Below are positions 35,980 through 44,949 of a stretch of DNA of 64,000 bases, piece by piece (within the stretch, counting starts at the first letter, position 1; every line of letters starts with the position of its first letter). Origin of the DNA: an uncultured Acidobacteriota bacterium (GTDB lineage: Bacteria > Acidobacteriota > Vicinamibacteria > Vicinamibacterales > 2-12-FULL-66-21); NCBI GenBank assembly GCA_963725325.1, contig CAVRYF010000006.1:95993-159992 (forward strand), read 5' to 3'. The translations under genes were made by a program, and so were the position numbers. The notes beneath the pieces were generated by a model. That model was given only the letters and a program-made list of their open reading frames with translations. It had not been told where the DNA came from and searched no databases.

Positions 35980-38658
35980 CTACTCGCTCTTCAGCGCGAC
36001 TACCGGATCGACCCGCATGGCGCGCCGCGCGGGCACGAGCCCGGCCACCGCGCCGACGCTGGCGAGCACCGCGCATGCGCAGCCGAGCGTGAACGGATCA
36101 GTTGTCGCGACGCCGTAAATCAAGCCGTTGTGCACACGCTCGACGAGATACAGCGCATTTCCCAGCATGCGCGCGAGCGCCAGCGATGCGCCCAGCCCGA
36201 GGATTGTGCCTGCGAGGCCCAGCCGCATCGACTGACCAAGGGCGAGCGCGAGAATCCCGGAGCGGCGGGCGCCGAGCGCCAGTCTCAGACCGAACTCCGC
36301 GGTTCGTTGTTGAACCGCATATGCCATCGCGGCGTAGACGCCGACCGACGCCAGCACGACCGCGACGAGGGCGAACGTGCCGATCAGCAACAGATGGAAC
36401 CGCTCCCCGCGAAAGGCGTCGCGCACGCGCTCTTCCATCGTCTTCACACCGAGCACTGGGAGGTCGCGGTCGACGGCCAGCACCGCCTGACGCACGGGAT
36501 CGACGAGCGCGGCGGGTGGCACCGACGCCTGAACGACGAGTTGCAGCGGCGCCACTGGCTGCTGGGCAAATGGCAGATATAGGTTGCTGAAGTCGACCTC
36601 GTTGATTCCCACGTCCTTGATGTTCGAGACGACACCGACGATCTCAAGCGCGCCGGCTCTCAGCCAGGCCGTCCTCTGCCCAGGCAGAAGCCTGACTTCA
36701 CGGCCCACTGGATTGTCTCCGCCAAAGAAGCGGCGCGCGAGCGTCTGATTGATGATGACCACGCGAGGGCTGCCCTCGGCGTCCCGGTCGGTGAACTCGC
36801 GGCCGGCCAGTCGGGGAATCCCCAATGCCGCGAAGTATCCGGGACCGACCGCGCGAGCCACGGCCCGATCTTCCTCTCCAGGCGCGCGTGGTGGTCGTCC
36901 CATGACGCCGAACAACGCTATGGGACCGCTGTCGAGCGGAACGCTCGTCGCGACTGTCGCCGCCGCCACCCCGGGGATCGTGCGTGCTTTCTCGAGCAGC
37001 TGATTCGAGAAGTCCAGGATCGCCCGCGAATCGGCGTAGCGTGTGCCCGTGAGGGGGATTCCCATCGTAAACCGGTCGCTCGGATCGAAGCCCAGGGGGA
37101 CGTGTGTGAGCCGCACGAAGCTGTTCAGGAACAGGCCGGCACCGAAGACCAGCACGAAGGCGGTCATTACCTCTCCCACCACGAGCGCGTGGCGCACACG
37201 TCGCTGCATGACCGATCCCGCCACGGCGCGGGCGCCCGCCGCCAGCGTCGAGCTGAGATCGACTCGCGTGAACATCGCCGGGGCGAGTCCGAAGATCATG
37301 GTGGTCGCGGAGCACAACGCCAGCGCAAACGCGCAGACCCTCGCGTCGATCTGGATGAATCCCCCTCGCGCCAGATAGTCGTCCGGCACTGACGCCGAGA
37401 GAATACCGACGGCCCACACGGCAAGCAGCAGGCCGACCGCAGTGCCGGGAACCGCGAGCAACGCGCCTTCGACGAGCAGTTGACGAACCAGCGCCGGGTA
37501 GCCTCCTCCGAGCGCGGCCCTTATCGCGAATTCCCGCTGACGGCGGAGCGCGCGCGCTAGAAGAAGATTGGCAACATTGGCACAGCTCAGCAGCAACACG
37601 AACAGCGCCGCGCCGAGGAAGAAGTAGAGAGGCCGCCAGTTGTAGCCGGCGGAGGAGGCGCTGAGGTCCTCGACCATGACCCCGCGGCCCGAATGGCCAG
37701 CCGGATAGTCGGCCGCGAGCCTGGCGGCAATGCTCTTCAGCTCGGCTTCCGCGGCAGGAAGCGTGACACCCGGCTTCATCCGCCCGATCACGCTGAGTTC
37801 GCGCCTGCTGCGATCGCGCGACGCGGCCGAAGCAAAATCAATCAGAACGAACATGTCAGGATCGCTCATGAACACGAGCCGGGCGTCGGCGGCCATGACG
37901 CCCACCACCGTGTAGGGCAGATCGTCGAGGACGACCGGACGGCCGAGAATTCCGGGATCCGAGCCAAACAGCCGGCGCCAGCAGCCATCACTGAGGATGA
38001 CCGCGCGACTCGACCAGGCGCCCTCGGGGCCAAAGGGCCGGCCCATCGCTGGAGCCCACCGCAGCGTCGAGAAGAAGCTCGAGCTGACCGGCCTGATCCT
38101 GACGAATTCCGGAACCTCTCGACTACGCAACACGCGACGCGACGGGTTTGCGATCGCCGCCAGCTCTTCGAACGACTGACTGTGCGCCCGCCAATCGAGG
38201 TAGTCCGGAGCGGAGACCGGGTCCGCTGCTCTTGCTGGTCCCGGTGCGGTCGTGTGGGCGGCAACGAGGCGATCGACGTCGGGAAAGGGCAGGGGCTTCC
38301 ACATCTCGGTCTCGACGACGCTGAAGACCGTTGTCGTGGCCGCGATGCCAACCGCCAGCGTGATGATGGCGGTGACGGCGAAAATCGGTTGCCGACGCAC
38401 GCCGCGAGCCCCGTAGCGCACGTCCTGCCACAGTCGTTCGACCGAGGGCCAGATCCAAACCTCTCGCGCGTCCTCGCATGCCAGGGTGACGTTGCCGAGC
38501 GCACGCCGGCTGGCGTCCGCCGCCTCGCGCGTCTCCATGCCCGACTGCTCGAACCGTTGCTGCGTCATGGCCCGGTGGAACTCGAGCTCGTCGCGGAGCT
38601 CCGCCTCGCGGGAGCCGCGGACGATCCAGTATCTGAAGCGACGCAAGAGGGTGCGCAT
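35980..38658 (-). CDS. ADOP-family duplicated MacB/FtsX-type permease
   Basis: Trimmed to the ATG at 38658 (MRTLLRRFRYWIVRGSREAELRDELEFHRAM...). It has the same architecture as the gene at 33301 and lies 12 nt downstream of padR. Confidence 0.9.
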   Translation of the reverse strand: MRTLLRRFRYWIVRGSREAELRDELEFHRAMTQQRFEQSGMETREAADASRRALGNVTLACEDAREVWIWPSVERLWQDVRYGARGVRRQPIFAVTAIITLAVGIAATTTVFSVVETEMWKPLPFPDVDRLVAAHTTAPGPARAADPVSAPDYLDWRAHSQSFEELAAIANPSRRVLRSREVPEFVRIRPVSSSFFSTLRWAPAMGRPFGPEGAWSSRAVILSDGCWRRLFGSDPGILGRPVVLDDLPYTVVGVMAADARLVFMSDPDMFVLIDFASAASRDRSRRELSVIGRMKPGVTLPAAEAELKSIAARLAADYPAGHSGRGVMVEDLSASSAGYNWRPLYFFLGAALFVLLLSCANVANLLLARALRRQREFAIRAALGGGYPALVRQLLVEGALLAVPGTAVGLLLAVWAVGILSASVPDDYLARGGFIQIDARVCAFALALCSATTMIFGLAPAMFTRVDLSSTLAAGARAVAGSVMQRRVRHALVVGEVMTAFVLVFGAGLFLNSFVRLTHVPLGFDPSDRFTMGIPLTGTRYADSRAILDFSNQLLEKARTIPGVAAATVATSVPLDSGPIALFGVMGRPPRAPGEEDRAVARAVGPGYFAALGIPRLAGREFTDRDAEGSPRVVIINQTLARRFFGGDNPVGREVRLLPGQRTAWLRAGALEIVGVVSNIKDVGINEVDFSNLYLPFAQQPVAPLQLVVQASVPPAALVDPVRQAVLAVDRDLPVLGVKTMEERVRDAFRGERFHLLLIGTFALVAVVLASVGVYAAMAYAVQQRTAEFGLRLALGARRSGILALALGQSMRLGLAGTILGLGASLALARMLGNALYLVERVHNGLIYGVATTDPFTLGCACAVLASVGAVAGLVPARRAMRVDPVVALKSE

Positions 38659-38669
38659 TGCCGGAGGTC

Positions 38670-39008
38670 CTAGCCTGTCTGCAACACCCGCTGGATCGCG
38701 ACGACGAGACGCTCGAACTCCTCGCGCTCCGCGCCGAGCCGCTTGCGGCCCGCGGGCGTGACCGTGTAGAAGCGCGCGCGGCGGTTGTTGTCGGACGCGC
38801 CCCATTCGGCTTTGACCCAGCCGTTCAACAACAGGCGCTGCAGCGCCGGGTACAGCGAGCTCTCGCCGACCTGCAGCACGTCTTCGGAGACCTGGCGCAG
38901 CCGCTCGGCGATCCCGTACCCGTGCTTCGGACCCGTCGCGAGTGTTCTGAGAATCAGCAGATCGAGCGTCCCCGGCAGCAGATCAGGTGGTGTATTGGTC
39001 CGTCCCAT
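38670..39008 (-). CDS. PadR family transcriptional regulator
   Basis: LLPGTLDLLILRTLATGPKHGYGIAERL...SLYPALQRLLLNGWVKAEWG.SDNNRRARFYTVTPAGRKRL. Confidence 0.92.
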   Translation of the reverse strand: MGRTNTPPDLLPGTLDLLILRTLATGPKHGYGIAERLRQVSEDVLQVGESSLYPALQRLLLNGWVKAEWGASDNNRRARFYTVTPAGRKRLGAEREEFERLVVAIQRVLQTG

Positions 39009-39013
39009 GTTTC

Positions 39014-39084
39014 TCCCATCGTTAGACGATGGGAATGGTGGATCGGTTGGCGGGTGTTGTCAAGACCCATCGGCAGACGATGGG
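39014..39084. promoter_or_regulatory. two palindromes immediately upstream of padR (candidate PadR operators)
   Basis: tcccatcgt-tag-acgatggga (39014-39034, which overlaps the RBS) and cccatcg-gcaga-cgatggg (39066-39084). Confidence 0.45.
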
Positions 39085-39156
39085 AGACCGGCGTGTCCGC
39101 AGGTCAGGCGACGTGGCGGGCCAATACGGCGCCCGAGGGTGTGTCTGATCCCGGCG

Positions 39157-42135
39157 CTAGAACGTGAGCTTTACCGCCAGCTGCATGATGCGCTCGCCGG
39201 TGCTCGCAAGCGGGCGGCCGAACGTCGTCGTTCTCGTAAGCGTCGTCGTATTCGACACGCTGTAGTAGGTCGTGTCGACGCTGCTGATGTTGTCGCGATT
39301 GAAGAGGTTGAACGCCTCCCAGATCAGCTGGAGACGCGTGTGGCCAATCGGGATCTCGCGCGAGATGCGGGGATCGAAGGTGACGATCGACTGGAGCCGG
39401 AACTGGTTGCGCTCGGTGCCCGGCGCGATGTCGTTTCGCGTGTTGCCGTCGCCGTTGAGATCGACTGCGCCGACTCTGGCCGTGTAAGGCTGACCCGACT
39501 GCGCGGTGAAGATCACGCTGAACGACCAGTTCTTCGCGAGCGTTCCCATGAGACCCTCGAGTCCGCTGATGCCGTTCGTGTCGTACACGCCGCTCAACAC
39601 CAGTCGATGGCGCTGGTCGTTGTTGCCGACGGTCCGGTCCGCGTCGAAGTTCCTGGGGTTCGACGCGTATTTGACGTCATCTCCAGCGTTGCCGGGGACG
39701 ACGGCCGTCGCGTCGGGTACGGTGTCTTCGACCCTGCCGAGCGTGTAGGCGGCGCGGTACTGGAGATGATTCGACAGTCGGCGGTTCACCTCCAGCGTGA
39801 GGCCGTTGTAGCGGGACTCGGCCGTCGATTCGAAGCCGATCACTCGGGTGAAATTAGTGAACTCACGATCCGATCCGTAGAAATGGTAGGGGAACGTCTC
39901 GCCCGTCCCGGCCACGGTAAACGTGCGGACCGACGCCGTGCCGAGGTTGTGGTCGATCGATCGAGGCAGATCCGCGCCGTCCACGAAGAGGTAGGTGACG
40001 GTCAGACTCGTGTTTCGAACCATCGCCCATTCGAAGGCGACGTTGGACTGCATCAGCCGTGCGTTGGCGAAGTCCTTGTCGATATAGAAGATGCTGGGCC
40101 GTGCCGCCGTGCCGACGTTCGGAATCTGACTGAAGCTGTTGGGGTAGGTCGGTACCGTGTCGCCGGTGAAAGTGAGCGACACGATGTTGATGCCGTTATT
40201 CGAGTGGGCGGTGCCGAGCATGATCGACGGCGTCCGGCCGTAGAACAATCCCCAGCCGCCGCGGACGGCGTACTTGCCGCTCGGCGGGCTCCACGCCACG
40301 CCCAGGCGCGGGCCCCAGTTGTTCGTGTCGGCGTCGAGCCGGCCCGTGTCGATGTCCGCGGCGGCCAGTTGTGCGTCGGGATTGCGTACCGGCGGCGCAT
40401 CGGTCTTCATGAGGTCGTAGCGCAATCCGAGATTCACGGTGATGTCGGTCCTCGGCCTCCACTCGTCCTGGGCGAAGAAGGAGTACTCCTGGATGTTCGG
40501 ATGCGTTTCCGGACCCGTCGTGCCCGGCCCCTGGAAGTTCTGCTGGTAGAACTCGTTGGTCCCGTTCGGCCGGCCACCGGCAAACGACGCGAGCGTGCGG
40601 AAGGTATAGGACCCGCTGAAGAAGCCGGGGAAGTTGTTCAGGATGTCGTCGAACTGAAAATCGAACCCGCCCTTGAGCTTGTGTTGACCGCGGAGCCACG
40701 TCGCGGTGTCGGCGAGCTGCCAGCGCTTGATCGTCGTCTCGCGCGGGCTGAAGTTGTTGCGGCCGATGGTCAGCACGGTCGTGCCCGACTCCTGCACGAC
40801 GCCCTCGGGGTTGGCGCTGTTGGCGAGCCCGGGTTCCTTGTCGCGCGCGAGCTGGAACTTCACTTCGTTGAAGAGCGTGGTGCCGTAGATGCTCGTCCAG
40901 CTGGCGTTGAACGTGTTGGTTTTCACCAGGGAGGCGCCCGTGTGCTCGAGTGCGTTCTGCGCTCCGCCGTTTTCGAAACCCTCGCCGGTGAAGTTCTGCT
41001 GGTTGTAGCGGAAGGACAGGCGGTTGGTGTCGTTCAACTCGTGGTCGGTCTTGATCAGGAACACATCCTGATCGAGCTTGCGATTCCAGCTTTCGGCCAG
41101 GGGTTGCAAGCGGGCGATGCCCGCCTGCGTTGCCGGGTCCCCGGGGGTGTTCGCTGGAAGATTCAGGAACACCACGTTCGGCTGCGTGTTGCGCTGGCCG
41201 TCGTAGTTGAAGAAGAAGAAATCGCGGTTGGGCCGAATCGGCCCGCCGAGCGTGCCGCCGAACTGATTGTAATGATAGGGCGACTTCGGCCGGTTGTTCA
41301 GCTCGTTGATCGCGTTGTTCGCGTTGAGCGTCCTGTCGCGGTAGAACTCGAAAATCGATCCGCGCAGGTCGTTCGTGCCGGACTTGGTGACCACGTTGAT
41401 GACGGCGCCGCCGGCGCGGCCGTACTCGGCCGAGAACGAGTTCGAGTTGACCTGGAACTCCTTGACCGCGTCCTGGCTGAACTGGTACGGCGCGCGTCCC
41501 GAGCCGGTGCGGCCGACCGTCTGTCCGAAGAACGTGTTGTTGTTGTCGGCGCCGTCGACGACGAGGCTGTTGAGCGTGCCGCGCTGACCCGCGAAGCTGA
41601 TGTCGCCGGTGCGCACGTCGCGGGTGACGCCGGGCGTCAGCAGGGCGAAATCGATGAAGTTCCGTCCGTTCACCGGAAGGTTCTGCACCGAGGTCTCGGT
41701 GATGGTCGAGCTGACCTGCGAGCGGCTCGTCTCGATCACCGGCGTGCCGCCCGAGACGTTCACCGTCTCGGCGACGCCCGACACGGCCATCTGAATGCGA
41801 AGCGTGACCGTCTGCCCGACGGTCACGGTGAGCTCGGGCAGCTTGCGCGAATTGAAACCGGACAGATCCGCGGTGACGTCGTAGACACCGACCGGCAGGA
41901 GGAGCAGACGGAAGAGGCCGTTGTCGTCCGAGACCGTGGTCCGGGTGATGCCCGTCGACGTCTGCACGGCGGTGACCGTCACGCCGGGCATCACCGCTCC
42001 CGTCTGATCGACAATCGATCCCTCGATCGAACCCGTCGCGCTCTGCGCGCGCGCCGGCGTGACGACGAACGCCGCGAGCAGGGCCACGAGACCACAGGCG
42101 GAAAGTGATTTCCAGATCGACGTGCGGCGAAACAT
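39157..42135 (-). CDS. TonB-dependent receptor with N-terminal carboxypeptidase-regulatory-like domain
   Basis: GGAGGAGG lies upstream of the ATG at 42135. Signal peptide ...AAFVVTPARAQ. CarboxypepD_reg motif GSIEGSIVDQTGAVMPGVTVTA. Plug region, and a terminal beta-strand ending in F. Confidence 0.9.
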   Translation of the reverse strand: MFRRTSIWKSLSACGLVALLAAFVVTPARAQSATGSIEGSIVDQTGAVMPGVTVTAVQTSTGITRTTVSDDNGLFRLLLLPVGVYDVTADLSGFNSRKLPELTVTVGQTVTLRIQMAVSGVAETVNVSGGTPVIETSRSQVSSTITETSVQNLPVNGRNFIDFALLTPGVTRDVRTGDISFAGQRGTLNSLVVDGADNNNTFFGQTVGRTGSGRAPYQFSQDAVKEFQVNSNSFSAEYGRAGGAVINVVTKSGTNDLRGSIFEFYRDRTLNANNAINELNNRPKSPYHYNQFGGTLGGPIRPNRDFFFFNYDGQRNTQPNVVFLNLPANTPGDPATQAGIARLQPLAESWNRKLDQDVFLIKTDHELNDTNRLSFRYNQQNFTGEGFENGGAQNALEHTGASLVKTNTFNASWTSIYGTTLFNEVKFQLARDKEPGLANSANPEGVVQESGTTVLTIGRNNFSPRETTIKRWQLADTATWLRGQHKLKGGFDFQFDDILNNFPGFFSGSYTFRTLASFAGGRPNGTNEFYQQNFQGPGTTGPETHPNIQEYSFFAQDEWRPRTDITVNLGLRYDLMKTDAPPVRNPDAQLAAADIDTGRLDADTNNWGPRLGVAWSPPSGKYAVRGGWGLFYGRTPSIMLGTAHSNNGINIVSLTFTGDTVPTYPNSFSQIPNVGTAARPSIFYIDKDFANARLMQSNVAFEWAMVRNTSLTVTYLFVDGADLPRSIDHNLGTASVRTFTVAGTGETFPYHFYGSDREFTNFTRVIGFESTAESRYNGLTLEVNRRLSNHLQYRAAYTLGRVEDTVPDATAVVPGNAGDDVKYASNPRNFDADRTVGNNDQRHRLVLSGVYDTNGISGLEGLMGTLAKNWSFSVIFTAQSGQPYTARVGAVDLNGDGNTRNDIAPGTERNQFRLQSIVTFDPRISREIPIGHTRLQLIWEAFNLFNRDNISSVDTTYYSVSNTTTLTRTTTFGRPLASTGERIMQLAVKLTF

Positions 42136-42211
42136 GAACGAACCTCCTCCAAGCTCGTTTGCGGTCATTGCGCGCGGCCTCATGGCACTCTAAGCCCCGC
42201 GGAGTCGAGAG

Positions 42212-42901
42212 TCAACGCGCGTGGGAAGGACGAAAATGGCCGACGATGCCACCCCAGCACATGCCAGAGAACAAGCCGAGCGCACGGATCGACGACAGCG
42301 GCTCGCTGCGCACTTCGACGCGTCCGGCGCGAACGGCATCGCAGATGGCGTCGGCGTTCGGCTCTGCGTCGACGAGCGAGTAGGTCGTACCCATCTGGGC
42401 CAGCAGATGGAGGTCGGTGTTTCCGACGAGCGTCTTGTCGTGGGCGCGCGCCCACTGGATGGCCCTGCGATTAAAGTTCACCAGGCGCGTGTACATCGCG
42501 TTGATTTCGACCGCGTCGAATATCGAGGCGTGCCGGTCGAGTGCCACGCCAAGCGCGCTCGGGATCGGATAGAAGGGATGCGGGGCCACGACGAGCCCGC
42601 CGGACTGTCGCTTCAGGCGGGCGATGTCGTCGAAACTGCCGACGTCGGCGCAGGCGGCGGGGAAGTTGATCAGCAGGATGTGGTGCCGCTCGATGGTCCG
42701 CTCGATGCCCGCCAGGAGCACGACGCCCCGGTCGCGCGCGTAGGCCGCATGCGGCGCCGGATCGAAGTAGCGGTCGTGCAGGGTGATCGCCAGGGCACCG
42801 TAGCCGAGGGAGGCCGCACGGTCGACGAGCTGACGCGTGGAGTGTGTGATGCGATCCGCCGGATCCTCGTCGGTGTGCGTGTGGAGCTCGAGCTTGACCA
42901 C
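42212..42901 (-). CDS. PHP (polymerase and histidinol phosphatase) domain protein
   Basis: LELHTHTDEDPADRITHS...YGALAITLHD..., with metal-binding His/Asp motifs. Confidence 0.78.
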   Translation of the reverse strand: MVKLELHTHTDEDPADRITHSTRQLVDRAASLGYGALAITLHDRYFDPAPHAAYARDRGVVLLAGIERTIERHHILLINFPAACADVGSFDDIARLKRQSGGLVVAPHPFYPIPSALGVALDRHASIFDAVEINAMYTRLVNFNRRAIQWARAHDKTLVGNTDLHLLAQMGTTYSLVDAEPNADAICDAVRAGRVEVRSEPLSSIRALGLFSGMCWGGIVGHFRPSHAR

Positions 42902-43004
42902 TGCACGTCAGTGTAGCGTGCTCCGGCGGCAGCGGAGCATGACCGCGCGAAACGTCGAAGTCGAACGCGGTCGGCACTTTCGAGCGTAAGGTGCCAGCCA
43001 CCTC

Positions 43005-43034
43005 TTCACCGCCGACCCATATCGATGGCATAAT
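43005..43034 (+). promoter_or_regulatory. candidate sigma70 promoter giving a leaderless vapB mRNA
   Basis: TTCACC-18 nt-CATAAT. The -10 ends 6 nt before the ATG at 43041, and no SD is present. Confidence 0.35.
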
Positions 43035-43040
43035 AGTGGT

Positions 43041-43295
43041 ATGCGAACAACCATTGATAAGGCAGGCCGAGTGGTGATTCCGGCGGCCGTCCGCGAGCGC
43101 GCGGGCCTCGCACCGGGCACCGTCCTCGAGGTTGCCGTGGAGGAATTCGGCATTCGGCTCGAGCGCGTGGCGGCCGGGCCGCGCCTGATGAAGGTGGGCC
43201 GGCGACTGGTCGCGCGGCCGACGGTCGCTGCCGATGCGCGGCCAGCGATGGACATCGCAGCGCTCGTGGAAGAGGAGCGGAATCGGTGGCCCTAG
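43041..43295 (+). CDS. vapB: AbrB/MazE/SpoVT-family antitoxin (VapB-like)
   Basis: MRTTIDKAGRVVIPAAVRERAGLAPGTVLEV is a SpoVT-AbrB fold signature. It overlaps the PIN gene by 10 nt. Confidence 0.8.
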   Translation: MRTTIDKAGRVVIPAAVRERAGLAPGTVLEVAVEEFGIRLERVAAGPRLMKVGRRLVARPTVAADARPAMDIAALVEEERNRWP

Positions 43296-43771
43296 CCGAG
43301 AATGACGTCTTCCTCGATACGAGCGTGCTCCTCGCCGGCCTCGTCGACTTCGGGCCCCAGAGTGGACCGGCACAATCGGTCATGCACGCGGTGGCCGAGA
43401 AGGTGGTGCCGCCGCCGGCGACGGCGTGGCATTGCTGCCTGGAGTTTTATTCCGTCGCCACACGCCTGCCCGCGGAGTACCGCCTCGGACCGTCAGACGC
43501 CGCTCAGCTCCTGCAGGAAGAGATCTTCGGGCGGATGAAGGTGCACGATCTGCCGGCCGGAGATCGGCTGGCATTCTTGAGAACGGCCGCCCAGGATGCC
43601 ACGGCTGGCGGGCGGATCTACGATGCGCACATCGCCGAGGTGGCGCGGGCCGGCGGCGCGAAGGTCGTCGTCACAGACAACCGGCGCCATTTCCTGGCCG
43701 CCCTCCGATACGGCATCCGGGTCGAGACGCCCACAGAGTTTCTTGCCGGTCTCAAGTCCCGCCGCGGCTGA
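43286..43771 (+). CDS. vapC: PIN-domain ribonuclease toxin (VapC-like)
   Basis: VFLDTSVLLAG carries the first acidic residue, followed by ...DAHIAEVA...VVTDNRRHF. The start is GTG. Confidence 0.78.
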   Translation: MALAENDVFLDTSVLLAGLVDFGPQSGPAQSVMHAVAEKVVPPPATAWHCCLEFYSVATRLPAEYRLGPSDAAQLLQEEIFGRMKVHDLPAGDRLAFLRTAAQDATAGGRIYDAHIAEVARAGGAKVVVTDNRRHFLAALRYGIRVETPTEFLAGLKSRRG

Positions 43772-43872
43772 CTTCGTCCACCGGACCCCTTCGCCCGACG
43801 CCGATGAGCCCGTTCGTCGACGGTCGGCGCCTTACGAGGCGGGGAGACGACCGAATCCCGGAGGACACGAGA

Positions 43873-44304
43873 ATGTTTCGCAAACTGTTTTGGCTCAGCC
43901 TGCTTGGACTGCTGCTGTGCCACGTGCCAGTGTCGGCCGATAGCGAAGGCCGGTCGACTGCTGCGCCAGCAAAAGCCAGTTCGAGCAGCAAGCGCGTCGT
44001 CTGGACTCTTGTCGGCATCGGTGCCGGATTCGGCGCCGGGCTGCTCATCGGGCTGAATGCCTTCGACGACTCGATCAACAGCGACCAGAAGGTGTGGACG
44101 AGCGCACTTGTCGGCGCGGCGGCCGGGGGAGTGGCGGGTGGCCTGCTCAGCAGGAATGTCGGACGTGTGCCGCCGGTGAAGGCGACGCGCGTTGTCGCTC
44201 CAGGGACCGAGCTACGCGTCGCGCCGTGGGTCTCAGTGCGACCATCGACGTCGGCCGACGACGAGGTCCTGAGGCGGCGGGTCAGGGAAGTGACACTGCG
44301 GTGA
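43873..44304 (+). CDS. hypothetical exported/membrane protein with glycine-zipper segments
   Basis: GGAGGA lies upstream of the ATG at 43873. Signal peptide MFRKLFWLSLLGLLLCHVPVSA. Glycine-zipper segments GIGAGFGAGLLIG and GAAAGGVAGGLL. Confidence 0.6.
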   Translation: MFRKLFWLSLLGLLLCHVPVSADSEGRSTAAPAKASSSSKRVVWTLVGIGAGFGAGLLIGLNAFDDSINSDQKVWTSALVGAAAGGVAGGLLSRNVGRVPPVKATRVVAPGTELRVAPWVSVRPSTSADDEVLRRRVREVTLR

Positions 44305-44317
44305 ACACTTGATCGCC

Positions 44318-44680
44318 CTACGCCGTCTCTGACTCCGGCCCGAGCACGCGCATGATCGCGGCGGCGACGCGCCGCCAGGCGCCCTGCTCGCGCGCGAGCT
44401 CCTTGCGGCCCGTGCGCGTCAGCGTATAGAACCGCGCTTTGCGATTGTTCTCCGACGTGCCCCAGTCCGCGTCGATATAGCCGCGCTCCTCGAGCCGCTG
44501 CAGCGCCGGATACAGCGACCCGTGCTCGACGATGAGCACGTTGTCGGATTGCGCCTGGATGGCTCGGGCGATGCCCTGTCCGTGCTGGCGGCCGAAGATG
44601 AGCGTCCGCAGTATCAACAGGTCCAGCGTTCCCTGCAGGTGGGCGCTGTACTCGCCGTCGGTGCGTTTCCGGATCGACAT
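44318..44680 (-). CDS. PadR family transcriptional regulator (not followed by a permease)
   Basis: Trimmed to MSIRKRTDGEYSAHLQGTLDLLILRTLIFGRQHGQGIARAI...SLYPALQRLEERGYIDADWG.SENNRKARFYTLT. The longer ORF runs through a repeat array. Confidence 0.85.
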   Translation of the reverse strand: MSIRKRTDGEYSAHLQGTLDLLILRTLIFGRQHGQGIARAIQAQSDNVLIVEHGSLYPALQRLEERGYIDADWGTSENNRKARFYTLTRTGRKELAREQGAWRRVAAAIMRVLGPESETA

Positions 44681-44743
44681 CACCTCAGCGTCCCTCAAGC
44701 TCGGGTCGAATGTCAACATGAGCGTATCAGACACGATTCTTGG

Positions 44744-44824
44744 CACGATGACCACGATGGTACGATGACCACGATGGATTTTCTTTGTTGACATCGTGGT
44801 CATCGTCTCATCGTGTCCATCGTG
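44744..44824. repeat. ACGATG-word hairpin upstream of padR / mfs (divergent region)
   Basis: cacgatgac cacgatggt acgatgac cacgatgg - attttctttgttga - catcgtggtcatcgt ctcatcgt gtccatcgtg. The palindrome cgtgatcacg follows it. Confidence 0.85.
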
Positions 44825-44949
44825 ATTGATTCGTGATCACGCGTTTCTACCTTCGAGTTTTCGGTCTGTGGCACACTACTCTGCGCTGATGTTCGATCTG
44901 TTGTCAGCCGTACCCTCGCAGCAGTCCTCGGTGTCATCCTGCCGCGGCC

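Noticed and set aside
34811-36076. 421-aa minus-strand ORF spanning the junction of the two ADOP genes
   Set aside because: It is an out-of-frame overlap with two well-supported permease genes, and its sequence is Arg/Gly/Pro-rich low-complexity.
38785-42108. 1107-aa + strand ORF, the longest in the window
   Set aside because: It is the antisense shadow of the TonB-dependent receptor gene. It is Arg/Asp/Val-rich with no recognisable motifs, whereas the minus-strand frame has clear signal-peptide, CarboxypepD_reg and beta-barrel features.
43426-43872. Upstream part of ORF 43426..44304
   Set aside because: It overlaps vapC out of frame and is Arg-rich. A GGAGGA-preceded ATG at 43873 with a signal peptide is the credible start.
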